From the NCBI GenBank assembly GCA_020137815.1, contig CM035350.1:124001-188000 (forward strand): a DNA stretch of 64,000 nucleotides. The letters are read 5' to 3'. How positions within the stretch are numbered: the first letter of the stretch is position 1; every line of letters starts with the position of its first letter. The position numbers and the translations under genes were made by a program. Origin of the DNA: Hormiphora californensis (lineage: Eukaryota; Animalia; Ctenophora). The notes beneath the pieces are model-generated. The model was not told the DNA's origin and did not search any database. It saw only the letters and a program-made list of their open reading frames with translations. Below are positions 63,143-64,000 of this stretch, one piece after another.

Positions 63143-64000
63143 GTTTTTTTGACAAATTACATTTGCGTTTCCTCCCCGCATTGACAGACAAGTACAAACT
63201 CACATCACCATATACAATGTACATAATTGAAACAGTTTCACCAGACAGCAGGGCGACTAGAATAAATCTTATGTCGGGGTGCTGATATCCCTTTCTATGG
63301 CGTTTCGGTACAGATTTCTCTCCAGCATAGCCGGGCGCTGCCCCACTGCACCAACAACCATATTATGTTCTTTATGCACTTGTGTCACTCTCTTTCAAGA
63401 AAGCCCCTACCAATCATATCTTGTAGTTGTTGGACTAGATGACATGCGCTAAACTAAGGTCAAACCCGGACAATGGTGAATGAATTTTGTACTTGCGACC
63501 TTGACACAATTATCGTCACTTGCGATTTAGAATGGTTCCATGTGTTATGAATACAATCGAAAACAATAATCTAAATATTTGTTTTAACTCATTTAGTAGC
63601 TTCCATAATGTATCATCAAAGATAAAAACACAATATAATAATTCAGCTGTGACAGTTAACACACGACCTGCAAGGTAGTGGTTGACCATGTATAAGGTAT
63701 AAATAAGGCACAAAGCTTTTCTGTAATCAGTTTTTCAAGACGAACGCAGGAATTAATAGTAAGGTGTCTAAGCAGGGAAATCATCCGTGGCAAAGGTTTC
63801 TCAGCGGTCATATCTGAATCCATTTGACCGTTATTTGGATTTTAAGATGCCCAAAATTTGGCTTTTACCGTTAATGCTACGCTGAGCACTTTACTAAAGT
63901 CTTTATAAAAAATAGTACCCTCGATTTTATGGTTTTGAGTTTTCATTCCAGGCTAAAAAACCAGGTAAAACGGTGTGGCCAGAAAACACCCCTGTACCCC

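Overview
AT-rich animal genomic DNA with spliceosomal introns and many transposons; the GPCR style suggests a ctenophore-like invertebrate, which is an inference. Host genes: condensin I kleisin CAP-H/NCAPH (+ strand; clear exons 48707-52658, probable frameshifted 5' exons 1323-1720), an intronless rhodopsin-like GPCR (- strand) and a TSP1 single-pass membrane protein (- strand). If the 5' exons are real, CAP-H has a ~47 kb intron holding nested mobile DNA: a Gypsy element with identical-looking LTRs inside a double-F-box/LRR gene, Helentron/DINE-like elements, many MITEs and foldbacks, a SINE, and duplicated F-box, MATH and RING pieces. The most unusual structure is a repeat-spacer array at 2.3-8.1 kb and 38.9-40.0 kb. 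A degenerate ~60-130 bp AT-rich repeat (CCGG hairpin..CCGGTGTTTTAGCATT..TTTATCAATTATGTTATAGCTTTGTTATT) separates ~200-520 bp unique spacers. By hand translation these spacers are coding fragments of unrelated transposon classes: LINE RNase H, retro-protease, Cys8 finger, Penelope RT, Academ-like transposase and LINE ORF1. All lie on one strand, antisense to the host gene. This may be an ordered transposon 'memory'/piRNA-source array or serial rolling-circle capture. The first ~22 kb looks indel-error-rich, so frameshifts there are unreliable. All protein assignments are by eye; no database searches were run.
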